Assembly: GCA_963784355.1 (NCBI GenBank)
Contig: CAWAQU010000007.1
Span: forward strand, 19,640 to 83,639
Direction of reading: 5' to 3'
Length of the DNA: 64,000 nt
Source: an uncultured bacterium
Lineage (GTDB): Bacteria > Patescibacteriota > JACMRA01
The notes below the pieces were generated by a model, which was not told the DNA's origin, ran no database searches, and was given only the letters and a program-made list of their open reading frames with translations. Within the stretch, counting starts at the first letter, position 1. Each line of letters opens with the position of its first letter. A program made the position numbers and the translations under genes. Shown in pieces: positions 17,737-27,476 of the stretch.

Positions 17737-17750
17737 ATTTTGCAAGCAGT

Positions 17751-19019
17751 ATGGAATGTGAACTAACCAAAGAAACTAATTACTCTAGCCCATTTTCTAG
17801 AGAAATGAAGAGTGTCCTTGAATTATCTAGGTCTAAATCTGAAAACTTACCAAGTATTCAAGAAATTGTTGATGCAAATGCAAGGTCTACAGCTTGGCTT
17901 GCGGCGATGGCACCTCAGATTTTTGAAGTGGCACCTGATATGAAAACAACTGTTTCTCTAAAAGAAATACAGGAGCGTTGGATTGAACTTTGCTATAGTT
18001 TACCCGCAATTAAAAGACATAATGAAAAAAATTCTACCTCAAATACTGACTATGATCCAAACGAAATTAATTCTAGGTGGCAAAAATTAAACGAACGACT
18101 AAGCCAAACAAATTTTTACAAATCTGAAGACTCAGCAAAATTAAAAGCTTCAGCCTTAGCAAATATTTCAAGTAAAAATATTACAGATAAGCAAAGTGAG
18201 GAAGATTTAATAAAAAAACAACTATTAGAGTTGACTGATATGACGAGATTCACGGTTGTTTTCAATAAGCCGTTAAGTGAATATAATTTAAAAGAAAATG
18301 GTAGGGATAACTTGGTTAATTATACAAATCAAATGATTAGCAATTTTTGTGCCTGCGGGGCAACTTTAGTTGATATTGATCCCAAATATTATGTTTCAGG
18401 CTACTCAGATCTAACCTTGAAATTTTCACTTGAAATTTATCCAGGTATAAATAAAATAGTTGAAGTTCAAATACATACTAAACAAGGGCTAGAAGCAAAA
18501 GAAAAAGATAACATTTATCCAGAACGTAAAAAAATTGCAGGTAAATTCGGTAAGGATCTGAATTTGAAAAATGATTTTAGACCTAAAGTATTGGATTCTT
18601 GGATTGAAGAAGCTGAAAACAAAGGCATTATCCAGCAACAAATAAACGATTTTTTAAGTAAAGATCATCAGAGAATAAATGACAATTTTAAATTACACTT
18701 TGTCTCAAAGTTAAAAGAATCATTGCCGAGTCAAAAAGAACAAACTACCTTTGAACTACCTGAAGACATTGAAGAAAGATTTTGCTATGCAATTATAAGA
18801 TATTATCAAAAGATACTAGACTCCAGAGAGCATTATAAAGAAGCTAAACCTGTAATAGAATCATTAGAAGATGCGTTTTACGTAAAAGAGTGGATTGCAA
18901 GACATTATGCAAACCTCAAAGTAAGTTGTAAATCAAGCCCTTACGAATCTCATTCAGTAATTGAAACAACCGGTAATTGTGCATATTGTGGTTTGAAATT
19001 AAACTTTAAAACTGCATAA
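17751..19019 (+). CDS. orphan protein with a degenerate RelA/SpoT-like (RSH) nucleotidyltransferase signature
   Basis: 422 aa. LTDMTRFTVVF, SGYSDLTLKF and VEVQIHT (residues about 161-243) appear in the order of the RSH synthetase blocks DxxGxRhh, GYRSxH and EhQIRT. A CAYCG motif sits at the C-terminus. This is a remote similarity judged by eye. Confidence 0.35.
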   Translation: MECELTKETNYSSPFSREMKSVLELSRSKSENLPSIQEIVDANARSTAWLAAMAPQIFEVAPDMKTTVSLKEIQERWIELCYSLPAIKRHNEKNSTSNTDYDPNEINSRWQKLNERLSQTNFYKSEDSAKLKASALANISSKNITDKQSEEDLIKKQLLELTDMTRFTVVFNKPLSEYNLKENGRDNLVNYTNQMISNFCACGATLVDIDPKYYVSGYSDLTLKFSLEIYPGINKIVEVQIHTKQGLEAKEKDNIYPERKKIAGKFGKDLNLKNDFRPKVLDSWIEEAENKGIIQQQINDFLSKDHQRINDNFKLHFVSKLKESLPSQKEQTTFELPEDIEERFCYAIIRYYQKILDSREHYKEAKPVIESLEDAFYVKEWIARHYANLKVSCKSSPYESHSVIETTGNCAYCGLKLNFKTA

Positions 19020-19052
19020 TATCTTCAAGTGAAGAAACTACTCAGTATAAAA

Positions 19053-19069
19053 ACCCGGATGACCCGGGT
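19053..19069. terminator. hairpin between the convergent 17751 ORF and fusA (possibly bidirectional terminator)
   Basis: Stem ACCCGG/CCGGGT with an ATGA loop. A-run upstream and T-rich sequence downstream. Confidence 0.6.
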
Positions 19070-19109
19070 TAAATTTTTGCTTTATTATAATCTGTGTTGT
19101 GAAAACTAA

Positions 19110-21218
19110 TTATTTGCTTCTAGTTTCTACAATTTTTTCTTGGATATTTCTTGGTACTTCAGCATAGTAACCGAATTCCATGCTTGCAGTTCCTTGTCCT
19201 TTTGTGTTACCACGTAAGGTAGAAATATAACCAAATAAGTTTTCTAAAGGTACATCAGAACGTATTACTGTACCCTTACCTCGCTTTTCGCTGCCTTGGA
19301 TTTGGCCTCTTCGTGAGTTTAAATCACCAATAACGTCTCCCATGTATTCATCAGGTACTACTACTTCCACTTTCATGATAGGTTCCAAAAGTACAGGATC
19401 TGCTTTCAGGATACCGTCTTTCATACCGATACTTCCAGCCAATTTGAATGCCATTTCGGAAGAGTCAACATCATGGTATGAACCATCAAAAACTTCTACA
19501 TGCACATCAATTACAGGATAGCCTGCTAAAGCTCCATTTTGACAAACTTCTTCACAACCTTTTTGAATTGCAGGAATGTATTCTCTTGGAATAGCACCAC
19601 CAACAACTTTATTTTCAAATTCAAAACCTTTTCCTCTTTCAAGTGGAGCGATTCTAAGCCAACAGTGACCGTACTGTCCTCTACCTCCTGACTGACGAAC
19701 GTATTTAGCTTCAATTTCAACTGGCTTTCTAATTGCCTCTTTGTAAGCAACCTGAGGAGCACCTACATTAGTTTCAACTTTGTATTCTCTCTTCATTCTA
19801 TCTACAATGATATCCAAGTGGAGCTCTCCCATTCCTGAGATAATTGTCTGGCCTGTCTCTTCATTTGTAAAGACTCTTAATGAAGGATCTTCAGCCATTA
19901 ACTTGCTAAGAGCAATACCCATCTTTTCTTGATCTTGTTTAGTTTTTGGCTCAACAGCTAAAGAGATAACAGGTTCAGGGAAATTAATTGATTCTAAAAG
20001 TAAAGGTTTAGACTTAGTACATAAAGTATCACCGGTACGTACATCTTTTAGACCCACAAATGCCGCAATTTCACCTGCAAAAACTTCATCAACATCTTCA
20101 CGATTGTTTGAGTGCAATAGTACTATTCTACCCGCTCTTTCAGTTTTTCTTGTACGTGGGTTAAACAATTCATCACCCTTTTTAACTACTCCCGAGTAGA
20201 CTCTAAAGAAGGTCAATGTACCAAATTGGTCAGAAGCTAGCTTGAAGGCTAAGGCACCTAGAGCTCCACTATCATCAGCTTTCATCGGTATAGTTTTTTC
20301 TTCGTCATCAATATCATGTGCGATTGTAGGAGGGATATCAATTGGAGAAGGTAAGTACTCACAAACCGCATCCAAAATCATTTGTACGCCTTTATTTTTT
20401 AAAGCAGATCCACAAAAAATAGGGTGTAAATTACATTTAACTGTAGCTCTTCTAATTGCCATTTTTATTTCATTGATAGAAAACTCAGTACCTTCTAAAT
20501 ATTTTTCCATTAATTCATCATCTGATTCAGCTACTTTTTCAATTAACTTAGCTCTGTATTCAGCTACAATATCAATCATGTCAGCAGGCACACCTTCCTC
20601 GCGGAGGTCTTTACCCATATCATCATAATAAATATAAGCTTTTTCAGTAAGTAAATCAATAACCCCTTTAAAATTCTCTTCACTACCGATAGGTAATTGC
20701 ATTACTACACCGTTGTCAGTAAGGCGCTCACTAATAGATTTTACATCATAGAAAAAATCTGCACCAGTACGATCAAGTTTATTGATAAAACACATTCTAG
20801 GAACATTGTATTTATCAGCTTGTCTCCATACTGTCTCAGACTGAGATTCTACACCGGCAACTCCATCAAATACAGTAATTGCACCATCCAAAACTCTTAA
20901 ACTTCGTTCTACTTCTACAGTAAAATCAACGTGACCAGGTGTATCAATAATATTGAATCTAGTTAAGTTATCACCATCTTCATAAACCCAATCCGGTGCA
21001 TTCCAAAAACAAGTAGTAGCAGCTGCAGTAATGGTGATACCTCTCTCCCTTTCCTGTTCCATCCAGTCCATTGTTGCTTCTCCTTCATGAACTTCTCCAA
21101 TTTTGTGAGTTTTACCTGTGTATAATAATACTCTTTCAGTAAATGTAGTTTTACCTGCGTCAATATGGGCAATAATACCAAAATTGCGTACTTTGTTGAT
21201 AGGTCTAGATCTAGCCAT
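19110..21218 (-). CDS. fusA: translation elongation factor G
   Basis: 702 aa. G1 [21 protein letters not shown] and the EF-G domains IV/V. Confidence 0.97.
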   Translation of the reverse strand: MARSRPINKVRNFGIIAHIDAGKTTFTERVLLYTGKTHKIGEVHEGEATMDWMEQERERGITITAAATTCFWNAPDWVYEDGDNLTRFNIIDTPGHVDFTVEVERSLRVLDGAITVFDGVAGVESQSETVWRQADKYNVPRMCFINKLDRTGADFFYDVKSISERLTDNGVVMQLPIGSEENFKGVIDLLTEKAYIYYDDMGKDLREEGVPADMIDIVAEYRAKLIEKVAESDDELMEKYLEGTEFSINEIKMAIRRATVKCNLHPIFCGSALKNKGVQMILDAVCEYLPSPIDIPPTIAHDIDDEEKTIPMKADDSGALGALAFKLASDQFGTLTFFRVYSGVVKKGDELFNPRTRKTERAGRIVLLHSNNREDVDEVFAGEIAAFVGLKDVRTGDTLCTKSKPLLLESINFPEPVISLAVEPKTKQDQEKMGIALSKLMAEDPSLRVFTNEETGQTIISGMGELHLDIIVDRMKREYKVETNVGAPQVAYKEAIRKPVEIEAKYVRQSGGRGQYGHCWLRIAPLERGKGFEFENKVVGGAIPREYIPAIQKGCEEVCQNGALAGYPVIDVHVEVFDGSYHDVDSSEMAFKLAGSIGMKDGILKADPVLLEPIMKVEVVVPDEYMGDVIGDLNSRRGQIQGSEKRGKGTVIRSDVPLENLFGYISTLRGNTKGQGTASMEFGYYAEVPRNIQEKIVETRSK

Positions 21219-21429
21219 AATATAATATTGATGTAGGGCCCTTAGGTGAGCCTTAATTTAGGCTTAAATTAACTGGAATTTTTAAGCTTTTGTCAAGTCT
21301 AATTGCCTTTATAGATAAATATTCTAAAGTTTCGATAACAAAACAAATTATCCTAGGATTGTTTCGCCATGTACACATTCACCCTTATTGACAATCAGTC
21401 TTTTTTAGGTAAATGTAAAAATAGTTGCC

Positions 21430-22809
21430 ATGTCTAATGAGTTATCCGTTATTGCCCCTCCACATGATCTTGATGCTGAAAAAGCAATTCTTGGTTCTAT
21501 ACTTTTAAATGGTAAAATACTTGATGAAGTAGCCGATAAACTTAAACCTGCTTACTTTTATGATGGTAGGCATACTATTATATATAATGCTATGCTCAGG
21601 CTGTGGTTTGAGCAGAAACCAATTGATATTATTTTCCTAAATGATGAGTTGAAAAATAGCGACAAACAAGAGCAAAATGCAAAGATTGATAAAGATTTTT
21701 TGTTGGAATTAATTGCAAAAAGTTCACTATCCACAAACCCTGAGGCTACAAGTAGGATATTGAGAGAAAAGTATTTTTTACGTACTCTTGTAAGTGTTGG
21801 AGATGAGCTAAAACTACTTGCTACGAAAGACGCTACAGAGCCTCAAGAAATTTTAGATATTGCTCAAAGAAGACTTTATGAAATTAGCCTTGATAATATT
21901 GATAAAAATTTTGTTCCAATTAGAGAAATCTTGGGTGAGACTTTTGAAAGAATTCAGAATTTATCTGAAAATCAAATTGAATATCGAGGTATTCCAACCG
22001 GTTTTCTTGATCTTGATGCGATTTTAGGTGGCCTACACAATTCGGATTTAATTATATTTGCAGCCAGACCAAGTATGGGAAAAACTGCTTTTGCACTTGA
22101 GATTGCTCAAAGAGTGGCGGTGCGTGAGCAAACAGGAGTTGCTATTTTTAGCCTTGAAATGAGCAAAGATCAGCTTGTAGATAGAATCTTGTCTTCGGTT
22201 TCCGGTATTGAAATGAGAAAAATACGTACAAGTAGATTGGATGAAAATGGAGCTAATGATGAATTTGAAAAATTGGGTAATGCTATAAATATACTTAGTG
22301 AGGCGCCAATTTGGATTGATGATTCAGGTAGCTTAAATATATTAGAACTTAGAAGTAAAGTCAGAAGATTAAAATCTAGACACAATCTGGGATTGGTAGT
22401 AATTGACTATTTGCAGTTAATGAGTGGAAAAAGTGAAAGGTATAACGGAAATAGAGTCCAAGAAGTTTCGGATATTAGTCGTGGTTTAAAAATGCTTGCT
22501 AAAGAACTTGATATTCCAATTGTAGCATTGTCTCAACTTTCTAGAAGTGTAGAGGGTAGGGAAGATAAAAGGCCGATGCTTTCCGATCTTCGTGAATCAG
22601 GCTCCATTGAGCAAGATGCTGACGTAGTCATCTTTCTTCACCGCGAAGAAATGTATCATAGGGAAACTAAGAAAAAAGGAATTGCAGATATTTTAATCTC
22701 TAAGCATAGAAATGGTGAAGTCGGTGCAGTTGAGCTTGCTTGGGTACATCGCTTGGCTACTTTTGAAAATTTGCAGGGAGCTAGAGTATCATCTAAAATA
22801 AATCAATAA
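21430..22809 (+). CDS. dnaB: replicative DNA helicase DnaB
   Basis: 459 aa. Walker A ARPSMGKTA, VIDYLQLM, SQLSRSVE. Confidence 0.95.
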   Translation: MSNELSVIAPPHDLDAEKAILGSILLNGKILDEVADKLKPAYFYDGRHTIIYNAMLRLWFEQKPIDIIFLNDELKNSDKQEQNAKIDKDFLLELIAKSSLSTNPEATSRILREKYFLRTLVSVGDELKLLATKDATEPQEILDIAQRRLYEISLDNIDKNFVPIREILGETFERIQNLSENQIEYRGIPTGFLDLDAILGGLHNSDLIIFAARPSMGKTAFALEIAQRVAVREQTGVAIFSLEMSKDQLVDRILSSVSGIEMRKIRTSRLDENGANDEFEKLGNAINILSEAPIWIDDSGSLNILELRSKVRRLKSRHNLGLVVIDYLQLMSGKSERYNGNRVQEVSDISRGLKMLAKELDIPIVALSQLSRSVEGREDKRPMLSDLRESGSIEQDADVVIFLHREEMYHRETKKKGIADILISKHRNGEVGAVELAWVHRLATFENLQGARVSSKINQ

Positions 22810-22816
22810 GAAGCTT

Positions 22817-24271
22817 ATGCATAAAAAACCCAGGATTTTTACAACCTTTTTGATATCCATTGGGGCAATTTCCATTATTTTATTATTTGTATTCTCCATC
22901 ATCAGTGGTTTTGCCTACAGCAAATTTGATCAGTGTAAAAAAATTTTAGAACAAGTAAAGGTTGAGCTAGATTTGCCTGGCAATAGCTGTAATTTAAAAT
23001 TAAATAATGCTAGTTTATACGAAGTCATTACAGATCCATATAATAATATTAAAAATAAGGAACTTGAATATAATAGTCGGGTAAAAGTATTTGAAGACTC
23101 CAAACAAATACTTAAAACTAATCTTGATATAATCTCCACTTTAAATATTAAAATTGAAAACCAAATCAATCCACATGTACCGCTTTATACAAAAGATGGT
23201 TATTTACAAGCTACAACAGAGACAAATCAGGATATAAAATTTTTGCAAAACAAAATAGAAAATTATAAAAGCTTAATTGATAACAAGAACATTTTTTTAA
23301 AAACCAAAATTGATGAAGCTAAAGTCCAAAATGTAGATACAAGTAGATTTGAAATAGTGTACAACAGTTTAAAACAATCTGATCTAACTTCAGTCGAAAA
23401 TGCAAGTAAAATACATTTACTGGAACAAAACGTATTTGAATATACAAAGGAGATAAATAAAGAAATATTAATAAAAAACCCAAACTATATTAGCCAATTT
23501 ACCGTTAACTTTCCAATTTTAACTTATCATCGGATTGAGGATTATGACAATCTGCCCAAAAGTCTTAAAAGTAATGCTAGAAGGGAAATTACTGTAAGTC
23601 CTAAAGATTTTACAGACCAGCTTGATCTACTCGCTCAAAAAGGCTATCAAACTGTAACCTTACAAGATATAGAGCAGGCAGTAATAAATAAAAACGTCGA
23701 GTTTTTTGTAGGAAATAAAATAATGTTAACCTTTGATGATGGATATTCAGAGCACTACAAAATAGTATTTCCTGAACTTAAAAAAAGAAATATGAAAGGA
23801 GTGTTTGGGATTGTACCAAATTTTAGAGGTATAGAGTGGTCACATATAAAAGAGATGAGTGATAATGGAATGGAGATTGTTTCTCACACTATGTCTCATT
23901 GTCCTCTGGCTACATATAATTCTCTTGATAGAGCTAAAAATCCTGAAGGCGGAATCTATCAGGCATGTAGTAATAAATCCTATGGTGCTAAAGAAAAAAT
24001 GATGCCTATAGAAGAAGTAAAATTTGAATTAGTGGAATCCAAAAAAATTCTTGAGGAAAAGTTAGGCAAGCCTGTGAAGTTTTTGATATATCCTTACGGA
24101 AGCTTTAACATACAAGTGGAAGAGATAGTACAAGCTTCAGGATACACCCTTGCACTCAGAGTCGGTACTGGTCCCAAAATAAATTTGATCAATCACTTTG
24201 AGCTGAGTAGAGTCAATGTGAGTGGTTTTAATAAAGGTCTAGAAGGCTGGTTTGCTGAAATAAACAAGTAA
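22817..24271 (+). CDS. membrane-anchored polysaccharide deacetylase (NodB homology domain)
   Basis: 484 aa. N-terminal TM, a long coiled-coil-like region, then NodB motifs LTFDDGY and SHTMSH. Confidence 0.8.
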   Translation: MHKKPRIFTTFLISIGAISIILLFVFSIISGFAYSKFDQCKKILEQVKVELDLPGNSCNLKLNNASLYEVITDPYNNIKNKELEYNSRVKVFEDSKQILKTNLDIISTLNIKIENQINPHVPLYTKDGYLQATTETNQDIKFLQNKIENYKSLIDNKNIFLKTKIDEAKVQNVDTSRFEIVYNSLKQSDLTSVENASKIHLLEQNVFEYTKEINKEILIKNPNYISQFTVNFPILTYHRIEDYDNLPKSLKSNARREITVSPKDFTDQLDLLAQKGYQTVTLQDIEQAVINKNVEFFVGNKIMLTFDDGYSEHYKIVFPELKKRNMKGVFGIVPNFRGIEWSHIKEMSDNGMEIVSHTMSHCPLATYNSLDRAKNPEGGIYQACSNKSYGAKEKMMPIEEVKFELVESKKILEEKLGKPVKFLIYPYGSFNIQVEEIVQASGYTLALRVGTGPKINLINHFELSRVNVSGFNKGLEGWFAEINK

Positions 24272-24319
24272 GAATCCTGCTAAAAACTTATTTTTTTGAT
24301 ATCATAATAAAGTTATAAC

Positions 24320-24348
24320 TTGACAAAACTGATTAAAATTTTAAATAT
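24320..24348 (+). promoter_or_regulatory. promoter TTGACA-16/17-TAAATAT for rpmH
   Basis: TTGACA at 24320-24325 and TAAATAT at 24342-24348. Confidence 0.5.
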
Positions 24349-24380
24349 TACAAGTAACAATTCTAATTTCCGATTACCTT

Positions 24381-24512
24381 ATGATTGCAACCTACCAACC
24401 TAAAAAGAGGCAAAGAAGAAGAAAGTGTGGTTTTTTAGTTAGAAACCGCAAGGCTCCTGATATCTTAAAAAGGAGAAGAAATAAGGGTAGATGGAAGCTA
24501 GTAACTGTTTAA
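24381..24512 (+). CDS. rpmH: 50S ribosomal protein L34 (below the ORF-track size cut-off)
   Basis: Hand translation gives MIATYQPKKRQRRRKCGFLVRNRKAPDILKRRRNKGRWKLVTV (43 aa), which matches the L34 pattern. It lies directly upstream of rnpA, the classical arrangement. Confidence 0.9.
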   Translation: MIATYQPKKRQRRRKCGFLVRNRKAPDILKRRRNKGRWKLVTV

Positions 24513-24541
24513 TTGACAGCGTTAAATTTTTCAATTATAAT
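24513..24541 (+). promoter_or_regulatory. perfect consensus promoter TTGACA-17-TATAAT at the rpmH/rnpA junction
   Basis: TTGACA at 24513-24518 begins immediately after the rpmH stop. TATAAT at 24536-24541. The rnpA GTG is 9 nt downstream. Confidence 0.55.
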
Positions 24542-24550
24542 TGACTTAAT

Positions 24551-24928
24551 GTGCTCCCAAAGCTTTGGAGGTTAATTAAAGAAAAAGATATAAAAGATAC
24601 TTATTACAGTAAGCTCAGAAGTAATAGTAAGTATAGTCAAATTTATTTAAAAAAAAGTAAATTAACTAACTTTGAATTACTAGTAGTAGTATCAAAAAAA
24701 ATCTATAAAAAAGCTAACAAGAGAAACAGAATAAAAAGAAAAATATATGCTATTTTTGAGGAATTAAAAACTCAAGATAGATTGCCTAGCAGTGTAGCAT
24801 GTATTATTCAGGTAAAAAACAAAAACATATTGTTTCAACAAAAAGAAGAAATAAAAACAGATATTTTACCAAATGTTTCAATCTTGTATAAAAAATTAAT
24901 TACCAAAGTTCACACAGCACGTAATTAA
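24551..24928 (+). CDS. rnpA: ribonuclease P protein component
   Basis: 125 aa and basic. KKANKRNRIKRKIYAIFEEL matches the RnpA RNR motif. Synteny with rpmH supports the call. Confidence 0.8.
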   Translation: MLPKLWRLIKEKDIKDTYYSKLRSNSKYSQIYLKKSKLTNFELLVVVSKKIYKKANKRNRIKRKIYAIFEELKTQDRLPSSVACIIQVKNKNILFQQKEEIKTDILPNVSILYKKLITKVHTARN

Positions 24929-25057
24929 AATTGTATTATGCATTATATTTACTTGTTATTAGGATTGATTGTATCAATACCGGTTTCAAACATTTGTACA
25001 GAACTTACAGCAGTAAAAAAAAGATCAAACAAAAACAATAATTAAAAATTAAGTTTC

Positions 25058-25132
25058 GCCGAAGTAGCTCAGTGGTAGAGCAGTGGCCTGAAGAGCCTCG
25101 TGTCGTCAGTCCGATTCTGACCTTCGGCACCA
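25058..25132 (+). tRNA. tRNA-Phe (anticodon GAA), CCA encoded
   Basis: 75-nt cloverleaf. Acceptor GCCGAAG/CUUCGGC, anticodon loop CUGAAGA. Confidence 0.9.
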
Positions 25133-25395
25133 TGATATTCTATTGACATATTCAAACAAAAATCTCAAGCTTAGTTTAAATTAAACTCTCATTTATCAGT
25201 AGTGTAAGTATTTTTAGTATTGTTTTTTGTAGCTATTTTAGCTTAACATGGAATTACTAGTAAATTTAAAATTTAAAAGTTTTTATTAGTTTAAGTAGAA
25301 GCCAATATTTCAAATTAAATCAATCAAACCTAATAATCGGTTTATTTTGAAATGCTGACTTAAGCAATTATTCCTAAATTTATAATTAATTTATT

Positions 25396-27417
25396 ATGAT
25401 AAAGAAATTTCGTGCCCCAAATTCAGGCACACCAGATAACAGACAAGATAGTAATCCTCAAGGATCTACAAAAAGACCTTCTAGAAACTATGCAGGAAGA
25501 AGTAACTCTTCCCAACCTAGACGTAATACTACTCCAAAAACTAGTGCAATGGCAAGTGACAGACCTCACTATGTTGTAAAAAAACATGTAGTTGACCGAG
25601 ATGAGGGAATTCCAAAAAATTTACCTCCCAGAAGAAGTAATCAAATATCTGATGTGGTAAAAAAAGGTAATTTAGCTCAAGGCTCAGTTAGCCCAATTTT
25701 CAATAGCGGGCCACTTTTAAAAACAAACGCGCCTTTGGCATACGAGGGTAAAGAAGTCGTTAGAATAATACCTTTGGGTGGAGTTAGTGAGGTTGGAATG
25801 AATATGACTGCTCTTGAATGTGGAGAAGATATTGTAGTAATAGACACTGGTATGGGATTTGGTGGTGGAGAAAAATTCCCGGGTGTAGATTATATTATAC
25901 CAGATACTGCCTACTTAGAGCAAAACAGGCATAAGATTAGAGGTATAATTTTTACTCATGGACATTTGGACCATATCGGTGCAGCTCCGTATATTTTACC
26001 TAAACTTGGTCCTGTCCCTATTTTCGGAATGCCTTTAACTCTAGCTCTATTGAAAAATAGACTACAAGATTTTGAATTGCAAGATAAATTTATTGCTAAA
26101 GTTATTGATGTAAATAAAAGTCTTAGACTTGGTGCATTTAATTTTAACTTTTTTAGATTAAATCATTCAATTCCTGATGTAATTGGACTTGATATTGAAA
26201 CCCCAATGGGTAGAATAGCTTATTGTACCGACTGGAAATTTGATAATACACCAATGGATGGTCATTTAAGTGACTACGGAAAATTATCTAGAATGGGTGA
26301 TGAAGGGGTAAGACTTTTACTAACTGATTCATTGGGTGTTTTAAAACCTGGTTACCAGATATCTGAAAGAGAAATCGGGCGTAACGTAAGTAAAATTTTT
26401 GGTGAATGTGAAGGTAGAGTAATATTCACTACATTTGCCTCAAGTATAGTTAGGGCGCAGCATGTAATTGACGCTTGTATCAAGTACAATAGAAAATTGG
26501 CACTTGCTGGTAGATCGATGGTTGCAAATTTCACTGCATGTATAGAGCTTGGCTACCTTAAAGTACCAGGAGGCTTAGTAATGGATGTTAAAGAAATCAG
26601 TAAATTACCGGACAATCAAGTTACTATATTGGCAACTGGATCACAAGGAGAAGATATGGCTTCTGTCAGTCGAATGGCTAGAGATGAACATCCTTTGATT
26701 AGATTGCAAGGTGGTGACTCTGTTATATTTTCAAGTAGTCCTATTCCAGGAAATGAAGATGCAGTACAAGATTTAGTTTCTAAATTATCTAGAAAAGGTG
26801 TAATTGTATACAGAAATAAAGAGTTTGATTTGCATGTATCAGGGCATGCCTGTCAGGAAGATTTGAAATTACTGTTTGCTCTTACAAGACCTGATCATTT
26901 ACAGCCTATTCATGGAGATCACTATATGCTTAGAAGAGTAGGGGAACTAGGTGCTACTTTAGGTATTCCTTTCGATCATTGTTTAATTGGTGAAAACGGT
27001 AGGATTACAGAATTAAGAGCAAATGAAGTAGTACTCACTGATGAAGTAATCACAGATAACTATTTGTTAGTTGATGGAGTTAGTGTAGGTTCAGTTTCAG
27101 AAGTTGTATTGGAAGAGAGAAGGCAGATGTCTACTCAAGGTTCGGTAATTTTGGTAGTGCTTCTAAATAAACAGAAAAAAATGGTAGCAGGGCCTGAAAT
27201 TATCAGTAGAGGATTTGTGTACGTGAAAAACAGTGGAGAGTTGTATGATGAAATTAAAGAGATTGTTAGAAGAAAATTTGATGCTCTAACTTTAGATCCT
27301 CATTCTCCTACTTACTTTTCAGATTTAAGAACTAGTTTGAAAAAAATGGTTAGCGAACAAATTTACGCAAAGACTGAAAAAGATCCAATGGTAATTCCCG
27401 TTGTAGTGCAGATATAA
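25396..27417 (+). CDS. rnj: ribonuclease J (beta-CASP metallo-beta-lactamase) with a basic, disordered N-terminal extension of about 115 aa
   Basis: 673 aa with HGHLDHIG and beta-CASP motifs. The N-terminus is rich in R/S/P/N. TATAAT at 25381-25386 lies 9 nt before the ATG. Confidence 0.9.
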   Translation: MIKKFRAPNSGTPDNRQDSNPQGSTKRPSRNYAGRSNSSQPRRNTTPKTSAMASDRPHYVVKKHVVDRDEGIPKNLPPRRSNQISDVVKKGNLAQGSVSPIFNSGPLLKTNAPLAYEGKEVVRIIPLGGVSEVGMNMTALECGEDIVVIDTGMGFGGGEKFPGVDYIIPDTAYLEQNRHKIRGIIFTHGHLDHIGAAPYILPKLGPVPIFGMPLTLALLKNRLQDFELQDKFIAKVIDVNKSLRLGAFNFNFFRLNHSIPDVIGLDIETPMGRIAYCTDWKFDNTPMDGHLSDYGKLSRMGDEGVRLLLTDSLGVLKPGYQISEREIGRNVSKIFGECEGRVIFTTFASSIVRAQHVIDACIKYNRKLALAGRSMVANFTACIELGYLKVPGGLVMDVKEISKLPDNQVTILATGSQGEDMASVSRMARDEHPLIRLQGGDSVIFSSSPIPGNEDAVQDLVSKLSRKGVIVYRNKEFDLHVSGHACQEDLKLLFALTRPDHLQPIHGDHYMLRRVGELGATLGIPFDHCLIGENGRITELRANEVVLTDEVITDNYLLVDGVSVGSVSEVVLEERRQMSTQGSVILVVLLNKQKKMVAGPEIISRGFVYVKNSGELYDEIKEIVRRKFDALTLDPHSPTYFSDLRTSLKKMVSEQIYAKTEKDPMVIPVVVQI

Positions 27418-27476
27418 TTTTGCTGTTAATTTGTTAATAATCTTCTTATCGGTCCGAATAAGATCAATCAATAAAT

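Noticed and set aside
24938-25045. 35-aa hydrophobic ORF (MHYIYLLLGLIVSIPVSNICTELTAVKKRSNKNNN) after rnpA, considered as a YidD-like insertion factor
   Set aside because: It is too short and lacks the Cys-rich YidD signature. It cannot be distinguished from a chance ORF.
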